NCBI RefSeq assembly: GCF_006345805.1
Contig: NC_043018.1
Coordinates: 17,608,001 to 17,672,000 of the forward strand
Direction of reading: 5' to 3'
Length of the DNA stretch: 64,000 nucleotides
DNA from: Octopus sinensis
Taxonomy: Eukaryota
Under the pieces are notes generated by a model, which saw nothing but the letters and a program-made list of their open reading frames with translations, was not told where the DNA came from and made no database searches. Shown here in pieces: positions 1 to 13,860 of this stretch. The translations under genes were made by a program, and so were the position numbers. The first letter of the stretch is position 1. Each line of letters starts with the position of its first letter.

Positions 1-97
1 ATGCATACATAAATACATACATATACATATATATAATATAAATATATATATATATATAAATATATATATATAATAAATATATATATATAATATAGAT

Positions 98-129
<32 letters not shown>

Positions 130-150
130 CATACATATATATATATATAT

Positions 151-220
<70 letters not shown>

Positions 221-226
221 TATATA
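1..226. repeat. (TA)n/(TACA)n microsatellite
   Basis: Direct reading of tandem TA/TACA units. Confidence 0.95.
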
Positions 227-440
227 CGGAGTAAGCACATAGATGTGAAACAGGTGGAAAAGAGGCTACTAAAATACCAGCGGTAGAGTAATATGCTTAT
301 TTAAAAGCAGCAAAAATATATCAAAATTTGTTACTCAGAGTTTCACGTTCCTTCTTTAGACAGTTTTGCTAAAATAGGACAGAAATAGAAATAACGATAT
401 GATGAAAACTAGTTAAAGGATGCGCCTTTAAAAATGGATT
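227..440 (-). mobile_element. Short dispersed repeat, probably Penelope-like terminal-repeat derived, with degenerate hammerhead motif (329-362)
   Basis: 227-310 recurs in inverse orientation at 43264-43352; both copies abut (TA)n. Minus strand reads UGU-CUAAAGA-aggaacgu-GAAA-CUC-U-GAG-UA-ACA, i.e. HHR layout with G5A and a collapsed stem II. Confidence 0.5.
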
Positions 441-478
441 TTTTTCATTGGTCCTTTCGATTAACGGTCTTAAACATG

Positions 479-510
<32 letters not shown>

Positions 511-531
511 CATACTCACACGCACACATAA

Positions 532-690
532 CGGTCTCTTCTTTCAGCTTCTGTCTACCAATTCCACTCATTAATCATTGGTCAGATCGGGGGTATTGCG
601 AAACACTTGCCGGATGTTTCACGCAAACGGACTGAAACCGGAACCATGCGGCTGGAAAGCAAATTTCTCACCATACAGAATCGCATGCGC
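532..690 (-). mobile_element. SINE family B, 5' half
   Basis: Reverse complement matches the head and body of the full copy at 45415-45845. Confidence 0.8.
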
Positions 691-1374
691 CTATGATTTT
701 GGAATGCACATATTGTTTTTTTTTTTTTTTATTATTTTAACATTGCATCACAATTCTATGGAAAAAAAATGTTATAACTGCATAGAATATAAATGAAAGA
801 ACCAATCTTTGACATTAAGTTTTGCATGCAACATTTTGCGTAATATTTATTCTTTTTCACTTTCTTTCTCTTTCCCAATTTTCGTTCCGTGGATTAAACA
901 TCCAAACATTGATGACGTTGGAATACAATATACTGTAATTACAGTGAGAGCGAATGGTACGCATGAAATAAACATCGTAACTTTAATTCGCATTTAAACA
1001 TTTAATTTTGAGCAAATAATCGTATCCATATGTCCTTCGCTCACGGCAATGTTTGCTAATACAAAATAAAACGGGGAGTTGATTTCAGTGTTAGTTTTTT
1101 CAAAATGTCGTGGCTCTTTTCACTTTCAGCTAAATGTATAAATCTATTCTGTATTTTTGTTTAAAGTTATTTAAAACACATGCAGTGCATTCGATGAACC
1201 GATCCTTAACACGTGCAGATATTTGACTTCCCTGGCATTTGTGTATACAAAAAGATAAATAAGTAAAAAATATAGAGTAAGCCATTGGTAAAGCAGCAAG
1301 CAATATATAAAGTCTGAATCGAATATGCACTCGATGCTCTTGAGAGGAGAAGATGATCCATTCCAAAAGTATTT

Positions 1375-1703
1375 TCTCTTAGATTATATCACGAACGTTT
1401 TCAACCGATTCTGATGAAACTTGACACACACATAGCCCAATGTCATAATTCAAAACTAACGCAGCGAAAATTTTGAAAAGTTCCCCCAGTTCTGAAAAAA
1501 TCGATAAATTCGACATGGGGTCGATAATCAGAAACACAAACCACAGACTGTCTAGGGGACGCAACTCGACCTTTTTAACTCTCGAAAAAAAATTTACCAT
1601 CATTTTATTTCCATTTTTTGGCTATTTTTTGGCTATAACTCTCTAAAAATGCTTTATAGTTATTTCCCTTACAAACCCGAGCAACGCCGGGCGATACTGC
1701 TAG
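1375..1703 (+). mobile_element. Probable non-autonomous Helitron (3' end clear, 5' end uncertain)
   Basis: GC hairpin cccgagcaacgccggg (1676-1691) followed 8 nt later by terminal CTAG (1700-1703) and then T, the canonical Helitron 3' signature. Confidence 0.6.
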
Positions 1704-1844
1704 TCAAATATAAAATCTTGCTTGTATGTGAGTGATGTTATAAAATTCTCCGCGGTATGGAGGTCTTATAATACTAAAATACATCCGTAATTGTTCCTGT
1801 CTTTGTCACACTCACTTATTAACCCCAACCGCATTCTATATATA

Positions 1845-2280
1845 TAAAGGGTACAGTGAATAAAGTGTCTAAATTACGCAAAAATGAAAATAATACTGAC
1901 ATATCATTTCAACAGATAATTACCAAAATTGCATAAAAAATATCTTGGAATACTAAAGTCAAAATTTAATCAAGAAAATCGCCATTGGCCTCAATTACGG
2001 CCTCTTCAGGATTTCGGAATCTCCTGCAGTTTTTGCCGGCGGTCTCCTTGTTCAAGTTGGTGAATGCTGCCTTAATCCTTGCCTTCAGTTCATCTTTGGT
2101 GTAACAAAGAGTTTTGTTGATCTCTCGCCCATTGGGCTCCACACGATAATCAAGGGAGCTACAATCTTGGGAGTTAAGTGGCCAGATGTTATGGTTGATG
2201 TAGTCGCAGAAATTCTGTGACAGCCATGGCTGGGTTATCCTACTTGAGTGGCATGGGGCAATTTTCTTTCCTGGCATAGT
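1845..2280 (-). pseudogene. Tc1/mariner transposase remnant, C-terminal catalytic region
   Basis: ORF 1966-2277: APCHSSRITQPWLSQNFCDYINHNIWPLNSQDCSSLDY...KDELKARIKAAF...EAVIEANGDF matches the QDxAPxH...WPPNSPDxNPLDY...GxxF tail of Tc1/mariner transposases. Confidence 0.85.
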
Positions 2281-2959
2281 GTTTCTTTGTGGTATTGAAC
2301 CAACTTCACACTATCCGTCCTTATCGCAGGACACTATGCGGCCGTGATTGCTAGTGATTTCCAGGCAAAGTATACACAGCGCATGCTCTCCCTCAGATGC
2401 ATTGGTAGAGAAAGCTCCATCTCCCTGTTGCACTTATCCGGAGACTTCGCGAATATCGGAATGTTTTCACCAAAATCAAGTGCAGTTTCACTGAAAGCAT
2501 CCCCACTACTAACCCAGCAGTGGAATTGATAACTCTACTTCTGCGAAAGCCTGCATATTTTTTCCCCAAGCTACAATATACGTCAACAGGAAGAATGAAC
2601 AGTCATATTTATAACAACATATGAACTCCCTGCTGGTGAACTTCACACCACGGACTGCAGATGACCAGGATAGTGCACCAATTTACCTTAGAGCTGGCTA
2701 CTTCATAAAAAACGCAAGGTATTTAACGTATGCCTGCATAAGATACTCATGTAGACAAATCAGACGTATACATGCACATCTGATGAAAATACAAACTCAT
2801 ACACGAACATACACACGTACAGCGGAAACGTGTGTTAAGAAAAGCTATATGTACGCATAAACATATATTCGTACCGCATAGGCACGTAAGATCACAACAA
2901 ACACTAACACACATCTATACGCGCACGTACAATCGGATACACATATACATACACCAACG

Positions 2960-3360
<401 letters not shown>

Positions 3361-3814
3361 GCGTGAGTTGTGCTGTATGTGTACCTGTGTACTTATGTTA
3401 TTCTGTACTGTCATTCATTTATTTTGAGTTCAGATATGAATATTATTCAGTGTTCAAAACCTTATTCAGATTAATTAATGTAATGGCGTCACAAACTCTC
3501 TTAGCCGTTATTTCCTTGAAACGATTTAGATACTGAAATCATATTTTTCACATTACACGACCTGTTCCATTTATAAACGCTTCAACAGTTCCATTCATTA
3601 AAAAAAAATCTTGTACTTACGTCATCCATTAGAACGCAAATATAACGTACATGCAAATTAAATGAAGCGAATATTATTTGTTTCCCCCTTCTTCTTCTTT
3701 TCCTTTGCGCTCACATATACATACAGGTGCGTGTACGCATGCGTTTGCTTCTATTTTCAAACTTAAACTCAGCTCTTCATCGGAGAGGATGCGACGCAAA
3801 ACACAAATGAACAC

Positions 3815-4350
<536 letters not shown>

Positions 4351-4934
4351 AAGAATGAATGTATATATCGTAGGAAATAGAAAGCCAGAAGCAAATTAAT
4401 GTTTCCATGAACGTGACGTAAGTGCTTATAAAGGCTCGAAGGAGAGGCACACACTTCAAAATAGACCATTTCTCTTGCATATATCGCACTTAAAAAAGTT
4501 TAACCAACGGCAATATTTTGCGATTTCAGTGAAGATTCGCAAATAAAATGTAAGCTTACGTATTGCATAAAATCAATAAGGCAAATTTATTTAGACATTC
4601 AAGTATAAATGAATGTACGCATATATGTGTTCCGTTCCTGTAAGCACATTTGAGTATGTATGTATGTACGTAGTTATGTATGTATGTATCTCGCGTTCAC
4701 AAGTAATCTAATTATGAGTGAACTTTCGTTATTTTTCCCTCTATGCCTACGTGAATTGTTTTTGAGGATACATTGTCTGGGAGACTCTTCTTATAGTAGA
4801 AGAAATAGTAAAATGTTGGGCTGCTATTTTTAAAAGTTCGATATGTGGTGAAGCAATTTTTTTTTTTGCTGAACCCTAATTATATAAAGTAATGCCATAC
4901 ATGCATACTGGAGTTTTAATAAAAAAATTGCCTT

Positions 4935-5070
4935 ATTCCGCCGAAGTCGACTTTGCCTTTCATCCTTTCGGGGTCGAAGAATTAAGTACCAGTTGCGTAC
5001 TAGGGTCGATCTAACTGACTCCTCCCCTTCCCCAAAATTTGGGGACTTGTGCCTCGAGTAGAAAAGAATA
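4935..5070 (+). mobile_element. SINE family C body, 5'-truncated, with alternative tail type 2
   Basis: Body attccgccgaagtcgactttgcctttcatcctttcggggtcga...gtaccag shared with 27013-27244; tail ccccaaaatttggggacttgtgcctcgagtagaaaagaat differs. Confidence 0.8.
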
Positions 5071-5216
5071 TACAACAAAGGCTCAATATGAAGATATGAC
5101 AGAAAATTAGATAATACTGTGGAATTCGTACCTAAAGGTGAGGCGTAGGTTCCTTTTTAGAATCCCATATATATATATATATACGTATACATATATTTTT
5201 TTTTCAAATATTTCAG

Positions 5217-5275
<59 letters not shown>

Positions 5276-6439
5276 ACCCCTATTTAGAATTCCATAAAAC
5301 ACATAAACGATAGTTATAACCCTTAAACATCGAAGAAAGTGTTGCGTGATTGTGATTGTTAAACAGGCCCCAAAAAACTTTATGGTAATTTTTATAATTA
5401 TTATCCTTTGAAATAGAAGAAAACCATAATAATTGTTAGTCTCACGATACAACAGAAATTTTGCGTGAAAATACCATTTAGTAATATTTCTAATAATGAT
5501 ATTTCAAATATGATAACCATAAAAGATTCTCTAAGACAAATTCACGTGTAGAGATAAATGTCTCTTTAACCAATATCGGCAGAACAGCAGTCGACCTATT
5601 ATCTATAGCAATGTCAATGGTATTTGCCTCGTCAAAACCTCAATCAACATTGGAATAGGAAATCTAAACAGTGACCGTCAACTGAAATTAGTATCTATTG
5701 TTACCCATCAGCATTATTTATTAAAAGCGTTTGTTAGTAATTGGAGTCTTCACAATGTGTGAGTATGTTATTTAAAATCTATAAACGTATACGTCCTTCA
5801 AAGTGTAGTAAGATCTAATTGCTATTGATGTAGGTGATTTCTACCATTCTGGAGTGAGTCGGCCAATTTGAAATGCAATATTGAATTTTTCTTTTTTTTT
5901 TTATACATTTTGAGATAAATTATGCGGATCAAAAAAATTATGAAACTCCATGAATACGTAGCTTGACATTATATGTTACCTAAATTGCAAAGATCACATT
6001 TATTGCGTATAAATTTTTATAAACATAAAGCATTCTCCGTTCTCCCCCCGTAGCAAGTATAAAGACTCCTGTCTGTGTGAGAAATCAATATTTATCACAG
6101 AAAATTTGCATCCAATTCAATTGAAGCCAGGCAAAAATAATTTTATCATATAATGTATTTTTCTTTCGTAAATGGCAAAGAAATATGCTTTTAACTATCT
6201 GGTACACTAGATGTGAATGCTCACTAAAAGATATAATATAACACGACAGAAATACATGACTACATAAAAAACAAACATCTCTTACATTGAAAATGAACTA
6301 CATTTTTATCAACTGACATTTACTTGCCTAATTTATGTTCTTACGCTACTCATACATATGGATTTAGAAAGACATCCTAAATTATGAACGATTAATAAAG
6401 CTATACGTACATATATATACTCACACTCAGTATTACATA

Positions 6440-6766
6440 TGGAAGCACTCCGTCGGTTACGACGATGAGGGTTCCGGTTGATCCGAATCAACGGAACAGC
6501 CTGCTCATGAAATTAACGTGTAAGTGCACCCTTAACGTAGTTCTCGGGGATATTCAGCATGACACAGAGAGTGACAAGGCCGGCCCCTTGAAATACAACA
6601 GAAACAGGAAGTAAGAGTGAGAGAAAGTTGTGGTGAAAGAGTACAGCAGGGATCACCACCATTCCCTGCCGGAGCCTCGTGGAGCTTTTAGGTGTTTTCG
6701 CTCAATAAACACTCACAACGCCCGGTCTGGGAATCGAAACCGCGATCCTACAACCGCGAGTCCGCT
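6440..6766 (-). mobile_element. SINE family A, lacking the A-box end
   Basis: Reverse complement of the 20684-21070 family, ending in gtcgtaaccgacggagtgcttcca. Confidence 0.9.
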
Positions 6767-6855
6767 AAAATTACATACATGCACACACACACACACACAC
6801 ACACATATATACACACACACATATATATACACACACACACATACACACACACACA

Positions 6856-6910
<55 letters not shown>

Positions 6911-7679
6911 CAGAGAGAGAGAGATTAAACGGTATTTTATAGACTATTTATACATTTATTGATATTGGAGCTTTTTAAAATCCGTTAATCTTCAAATTTG
7001 CAATTGTCACACACACACAGACACACACACACACACACACACACAGTTGAACATCAGCTGTTCAGATCTGTTAACAAAGTTGTATATGTGTTAAAACAAT
7101 ATGAACTATATGTAGTAATAACAGCCCTCGGGAATATAGGCAACATTTTTGTTATTGAATAAATACATTCATAGTAACACGGTTATTAGCGACATATATT
7201 TAGCACCAGAATTCTACCAAGTACAAACAACAGGTGTGACGTTGTTGTTTGGAATTTCACAAAAAAGAAGTATCTTTGGTTCTAGAGGGAATTTGCATTG
7301 ATGATTTGGACATCTCTTCCAAATTTAACAGATGGAATATTCTTGGCCTGCCGCTTCGAGACATATGACTTCTTAACCTCAATTAGCTCATTTATGCTAA
7401 TAGTTATCGATAAACTTAGTTATGCCAGTAAATATTTAAGTAACAATCTGGAAAAAGATAAGCTTTTTAGAAGGGAAAAGGGACCAGTTACGTACAATTT
7501 TGAAATATATCCGAAAGTGGAACAATAAAGTCATGTAAGAGTTTCTGAAGTTTAATATTTCATATTTACCGTTTTTGTCATTCAAAATCAGGTGAATGCG
7601 CTTAGTTTCATATGTAGAAGCTTCATCAATCTCTTGCTTTTTTTTCTTCCTTCGAAGAAAATTTCTAAAACTATATTAT

Positions 7680-7790
7680 GGGCGTAGGGGTCGCTGCGTA
7701 GTAAAAAGCTTGCTCCTCAGCCACATGGTGAGTCTATTTGGGAGACAGTCTGTGAAGAAGCCCGTCGTATATATGTATATATATACATAT
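7680..7790 (+). mobile_element. SINE family B, internally deleted fragment
   Basis: Head ggcgtaggggtcgctgcgtagtaaaaagcttgctcctcagccacatgg joined to gtgagt...gaagaagcccgtcgtatatatg. Confidence 0.7.
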
Positions 7791-7801
7791 ATATATTATA
7801 T

Positions 7802-7892
<91 letters not shown>

Positions 7893-10014
7893 TGGAGGAA
7901 AGAAAATAGATGTATGATATGTATGGTTATTGAATTCGTAAATCCGTTTTATAGGCATAAGGGTATATATGTGTATTATTCCAATGTCCTATGAGTAAAA
8001 TGCAAAAGTCCAACAAAGTTTAATATGAGTCCATCCAGATATAGAGTTTATAAGCAATGTAAGATTCTCTTAACGTTGGTCATTCCCAGTAGGGAATTTA
8101 TATAGAGTATAGCAGATTAAATGTTTGTATTTAAAGTGAACTAGAAATAGGGAGTATATTAGTATAGTTAAATTGAAAATAGGATGCGAGGAATGACAAA
8201 ACAAGGGGGCGGAAAAGGAGGAGAGAAAGAAAGATTGAAAGAGAAAGAAGAAAGAAGAATGGTAGAAATTACAAATTACAGTCTGAAATTAGAAAAGAAA
8301 ATATATATATAAGCGCTTGCTTTTGTGAATTTGCCTGTGCCTTCAATTGCGCTATTCCGCTGATTATTTATCTCCCCTCCCATACATATCTAGTGTGTGA
8401 GTAAACCCGTACCGTGTTACAACTGTAGTACTATTTGTATACGCACGACTAGTTTCTTTCGTGTTAAAAAATCGTGCTAAAGAAGCCAGCGATATTATCG
8501 TAAAACTTGTTAGGTCTTTCACTATTTTACTCTAAACACTTTAAATTATTGATATAAAATTGGCCCCAAAATATCAATGCAATATAGATATTATCTGTGT
8601 CATTCCAATACATTTATATTCCATAATAGATGATTATGCGCGGTGCTATCAGATAACGATCTGTTATCTAATTGAAATTTCTTTCACTTTCTACCCACGT
8701 ATTGTTGTCATACCGTTGAACTTTTCTGTCAATATATGTGATTCATATTTTGCTTGCTTAAAAGTATTGCCTGAACGGCTGTAATTTAAACATTATGAAT
8801 TTGATTCAGTTAACTGCGGCTGTATAAGCCATGTCTGCTTTGCATCAAATGATTATTTTAAAAACCTTTACTATTTTCTCCGATCTTAATCTTCTTAAAA
8901 CATGTCTGCGGAGCGAATTTTAGATTTCAACAACATTTAACCTAGGCCATTATCTTTTCTGAAAGGCTAAACCGTGTTTTCGTGAAGAAATAAGAATTCA
9001 CAATTTACAATTTCCCCAAGTTTCGGCCATTGAAATATACGGTGTCATTGAACCATATCTTAAGAGATGTCATTGAAAACGAAATGTGAGCGGAGAAATG
9101 TCAGGTACAGAAATATAGCGATTAAAGCACGACTCTCTTATTTATAGTGAATTGTCTTAAACATTAGATCCGATAAATAATACATGTCTTTCATGGTGAG
9201 ACGTCTTTAACTTAAGCTCAGAGAAGTAAGAAATGCTTTTTAAATAGTTATTTCATGACAGCACCATATGTTCACAAATGTAAACTTTAATTTGGACATG
9301 AAGATAAAATGTGGTTACAAAGATGTACCTAGGAAGATAGATTGTGGTTTCGATAGATAAATAGATTATCAAAGAAAGAAAAGATACGATGGGAAGTTTT
9401 AATAAATAAATGTATTGTATTTTAACTATTTTTCAGTTTCTCGTGTCTGGACATTCGGCAGTCTGATAAAAAAAAATTGGAATACCTGATAGATTTCATT
9501 CTCTAAGTGATATCACCCTATCGAACAACCTCAGAAACATTCGTTATAATTGGTTTGTATAATTTATATTCATCTTTAAACATCACGAAACCTTTGTCAC
9601 ATTAGCATTTCTTTTCTTCCATGTAACGTTGGTAAAATTCACTTTAGCTCTTTTCTCTTAAATGTGGTTTCGTTGCTAATCTCACTACGGATCTGAAGAT
9701 ATTTAATTTCAGAGCTGGTAGATTTTGTTATGTTGTTCTCCATTTGAACTTTACTTTAAACCGCTCACACATGTCACAAAAGTCAATCTGTTCCTGCCGA
9801 TGACGTCTTGTTTTAGGAATGTGGTTTGTCATTTTGGGCAATTTTGGATTTTCTTTGTGAGTTTATGATTTGCTTAACTCAGAATCACAGGTGTCGGGCA
9901 AAAGCGATACAAACAACACTGTAAATAATTACCCTTTACGTCGACTAAGACATTTCGAGATTTTCATTATTAAACTGCTTGTTGGTACATTTGTAGACAG
10001 AGATGGAGAATACC

Positions 10015-10235
10015 TATGTCTTTATTACCCACAAGGGGCTAAACACAGAGGGGACAAACAAGGACAGACACAGGTATTAAGTCGATTACATCGATCCCAG
10101 TGCATAACTGGTACTTAATTTATCGACCCCGAAAGGATGAAAGGCAAAGTCGGAATTTGAACTCACAACGTAACGCAGACGAAATATCGCTAAGCATTTC
10201 GCCCGGCGTGCTAACGTTTCTGCCAGCTCTCCATC
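10015..10235 (-). mobile_element. SINE family C, full length, 17-bp TSD
   Basis: Direct repeat cagagatggagaatacc at 9998-10014 and 10236-10252. Confidence 0.92.
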
Positions 10236-10466
10236 CAGAGATGGAGAATACCGAGTGTTCTAAACTGCACTTTATGAATAAAACGAAGAGAAAGTAAAGA
10301 CAAGGAAAGCGGATGCTGCATGAATTCCGTCCAGACTAATTATTTTCCCATTTCGAAAATAATGAAATGATGAAATATGTGACAATCACTGACTAGAAAT
10401 TTTATGAACTTCATAAGAAATATAGAAAAAAGAATGAACGTGTCTACCTTATGTATTTGCTCCTCA

Positions 10467-10835
10467 TAGGAGCAGGAGTACCTATGTGGTAAGTAGCTTG
10501 CTTACCAACCACATGGTTCCAGGTTCAGTCCGACTGTGTAGCACTTTGGGTAAGTGTCTTCCACTATAGCCTCGGGCCGACCAAAGCCTTATGAGTGGAT
10601 TTGGTAGACGGAAACTGAAAGAAGCCAGTTTGTGTGCTTGTTTCAGTCACCCCGCCATCGCTTGACAACCGATGTTGGGTGAGCTTACGTCCCTGTAATT
10701 CAGCGGTTGCGCAAAAGTAACTGATAGAATAAGTACTAGGCTTACAAAGAATAAGTTCTGATGCCGATTTGTTCGATTAAAGGTGGTGTTCCAGCATGGC
10801 CGCAGTCAAATGACTGATGTCAATAAAAGAATAAA
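10467..10835 (+). mobile_element. SINE family B
   Basis: Pol III-like head (tgtggtaag...ggttcagtcc), body gagtggatttggtagacggaaactgaaagaagcc, tail gcatggccgcagtcaaatgactga. Confidence 0.88.
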
Positions 10836-11054
10836 ATTCATAATCATTCCAAATATTATGGAGAAATAATCATTTCCATTCTACTAATTCTTCACTAACG
10901 AGGTCAAATGCAGTGTAGATTCTAGGTGTAAATGGAACTTGGGTATAGATTGAGAAATATAAAAGCATTGTCGTCTTATCAGTCGAACTTTCTGCCTTTT
11001 TTTTTGTCACCCACCGCTGTTTCTACAAAGAAATAATTACACACAGCAATTGCA

Positions 11055-11260
11055 GGTAAAATTGATTTCAAATTTTGGCACAAAGCCAGCGATTTCGTGG
11101 ATTGCATCGACCCCAGTAATCAACTGGTACTTATTTTATCGACACCAAAATGATAAAAGGCTATGTTGGACTCGGTGGAATTCGAACTCAGTACGTGAAA
11201 ACGAACAAAATACCGCTAAGCATTTCAGCCGAGGTGCTCGTAATTCTGCCAGCTTTCCAT
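11055..11260 (-). mobile_element. SINE family C, diverged, alternative tail type 3
   Basis: Reverse complement has the family C head and body (agctggcagaa...gagttcgaattcc...aagtaccagttg...gggtcgatgcaatc) followed by ctttgtgccaaaatttgaaatc. Confidence 0.75.
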
Positions 11261-11420
11261 CTTAAACTGCAGATACATTTAAACAACAAAAATACAGGGA
11301 CTAACAGTTTAAGCAACAATACCGGTAGCAAAGAAAGGGGACATCTGCACCTGATTTTGGAGAGGTTCTTTTATTCCATCAAAAGCTGCAATAAAAACAG
11401 TTTCAAAAAATGCCTTCTAC

Positions 11421-11508
<88 letters not shown>

Positions 11509-11511
<3 letters not shown>

Positions 11512-11666
11512 GACAGGCTTCTTTCAGTTTCCGTCTACCAAATCCACTCACAAGGATTTCGTCCGCCCGCGAATACAGTAGAAGGCACTTGCCCAAGGTG
11601 CCACACAATGTGACTGAACCGGGAACCATGTGGTTGATAACAAGGTACTTACCATACAGCCATTCC

Positions 11667-11668
<2 letters not shown>
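11509..11668 (-). mobile_element. SINE family B, 5' half
   Basis: Matches the reverse complement of 45415-45580. Confidence 0.85.
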
Positions 11669-11698
<30 letters not shown>

Positions 11699-12492
11699 AT
11701 ATATTATATATACATATATATATATTTAACATATTTTCATGAAATCATACATATATATGTGTGTGTGCGTGTGTGTATTCGTGTGTGTGTATTCGTGTGT
11801 GTGTATGTGTGAGTATTCGTATCTGGTGTGAATGAATCTGTGCGTTCGAAAGAAATGTCGTTCGAAAGACGTTTGCGTTATTAATCCTTTGTGGTATTCG
11901 TTGTACAATGAATATAGATTTGACGCTTGTCACTGTTATCTTGAGCAATGCACAAAACCAGCAATTAACCGGCTGTGAACCTTCAAGCAACTAAGCAATC
12001 GTTGAGGGATTACAATATTAAAATAGATAATAAAAATTAGTTAAACAGGTGATGATTTCCTTGTCATATGAGAGACGACAAGCAATTAGAAGGACGGACG
12101 AATAATCAGTTTCGAAGAAACAGAAATTTAAATTTTCATTGTCAAGCACTACACCATCAGAATTGGAAGGAAATATACCATTGAGACATCACCAATTCCC
12201 ATTTATATTAGGAACATGTTTGCATTACATCATGCGAAATAATGAAGGTGACCTGTAGATGTGACGTATGTGCCTCTTTAGAGGCAGGGCCCCTTGCGAG
12301 CTGAAAAAGCTTCAGCTGGGTCTTCAATGTTTTTAAAGAATACCATTCTCCTGAATCTTATATTTTGTGTTAGTTTCAGTACTTACTTGTACAAATATTC
12401 GCAATTATTTGGTTAAAAAACGAAGTGTAACTTGACTAGTTAATTATTAAATAGCTTTATTACTATTCTTAGTTTCGTGTTCTTATCGACAT

Positions 12493-12826
12493 AAGGGTAA
12501 AGACCCCTTTCGGTCATGAATGACCATGGGATTGCACCTAGAAAGTTACCCTCCTAGACACACGTCCGGGAAAGGTTGTTTATGGAAGACCAGCAGTCGC
12601 CCATGCATACCAGCTTCCCCCTCTCCACGCCACCAATGTTATCCAAGGGAAAGACAAAGGTCGATACAGCTTGGCACCAGTGACGTCGCAACTCATTTCT
12701 ACAGCTGAGTGAACTGGAGCAACGTGAAATAAAGTGCCTTGCTCAAGAACACAACACGCAGCCCGGTCCGGGATTCGAGCTCACAACCTCACGATCGTAA
12801 GTTCGACGCTCTAACCACTGAGCCAT
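12493..12826 (-). mobile_element. SINE family D (tRNA head plus conserved central domain)
   Basis: Minus strand: A box tggctcagtggtt, B-box-like gagctcgaatccc, then gtgttcttgagcaaggcacttta...cactcagctgtagaaatg. A head fragment recurs at 25362-25410. Confidence 0.85.
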
Positions 12827-13059
12827 AAACAATGTTTAAATGTAACCTAAATTTTGGAAAGAATATCGATGGTTAAGTTGAATATAATTTACAAGGAGCT
12901 TCTGAGTACGCTTTAATAACAGTATATCACCGTTTTCAAACCGATTAAAGGTGTGTTATTTCATTTAGATCTCCCAAGCAGATAAAATGCTGACTAAAGA
13001 AACGGAAAAGACATGTCAGATGTGCGGAACACAGTAATTTAGAAAATGAGATATTTCTA

Positions 13060-13860
13060 AATGCATTATGCACTTTCGTACACAAAATTTGTAAGGAAAT
13101 TTAAGCCTCCAAGGAAACGTTCCAACTGTATCAAAGAGAAGAATAGTCGTAGGAAACGTGCGGATATTACAAGAACACCGCTATTCATTCAACATGTTCA
13201 ACACATTATTGGTGTTAATTCTGGAAAGGCACTGAGAGTTAATATCAAATTACTTCACATATCAGAGTGACCTGGCGGAACAGTCGTATGTACTAAAGAG
13301 AAGCCAATTAAGAACCTTAATTACACGGGGAAACCGTTTGATCCATATGACGTGGATTCTTAACAACGTTACAAATGTCAATGACATGTCGTGCTTTTGT
13401 TTTTCCCCTGATGTGAAAAACTTGAACAAGAACAATTTCTAACTGGGGAAGCAAGAGATAGTTCTCAGGTTTCTCATAGTGATATACAGTGTTAACGCAA
13501 GTTTTAGGTGAAGCGATAACGATTGTCATGTAATGCAACTGTACATCTTTCCACAGAGTTTTAAAATTAATGCTCCTAGACATGTCGATAGCCTGGAGAC
13601 AGTTGTTTTGCCTGGGATGGATAATGTACGAACCAGAAGTCCATATATCTTTCAACAAGACTGCGTGCCTTTTCACAAATCAAGAACGGTTGTTAGACAA
13701 TATCTATCATCCTATTAACCCGACCTGTCCTGAAACTCACAGTAAAGCTATGCTCAGGTGATATCCGAAACAAATAATAATAATTTAGTGCAGGAATTTT
13801 GGTCCCATAATGAAGCAGTCTTCAAATTTGATCAGAAGCCTAATCGATAAAATATGCACA
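13060..13860 (+). pseudogene. Tc1/mariner transposase remnant
   Basis: RADITRTPLFIQHVQHII (N-terminal region) and QLYIFPQSFKIN...LETVVLPGMDNV...PYIFQQDCVPFHKSRT (second catalytic D, FQQD motif); many stops and frameshifts. Confidence 0.75.

Noticed and set aside
5535-5758. 75-codon open frame ending at a GTGAGT donor
   Set aside because: Length within chance expectation for this window; weak acceptor; no recognisable domain.
7658-7727. Apparent exon or Kozak ATG followed by GTGAGT donor
   Set aside because: The sequence is a deleted SINE B head; the donor comes from the SINE body.
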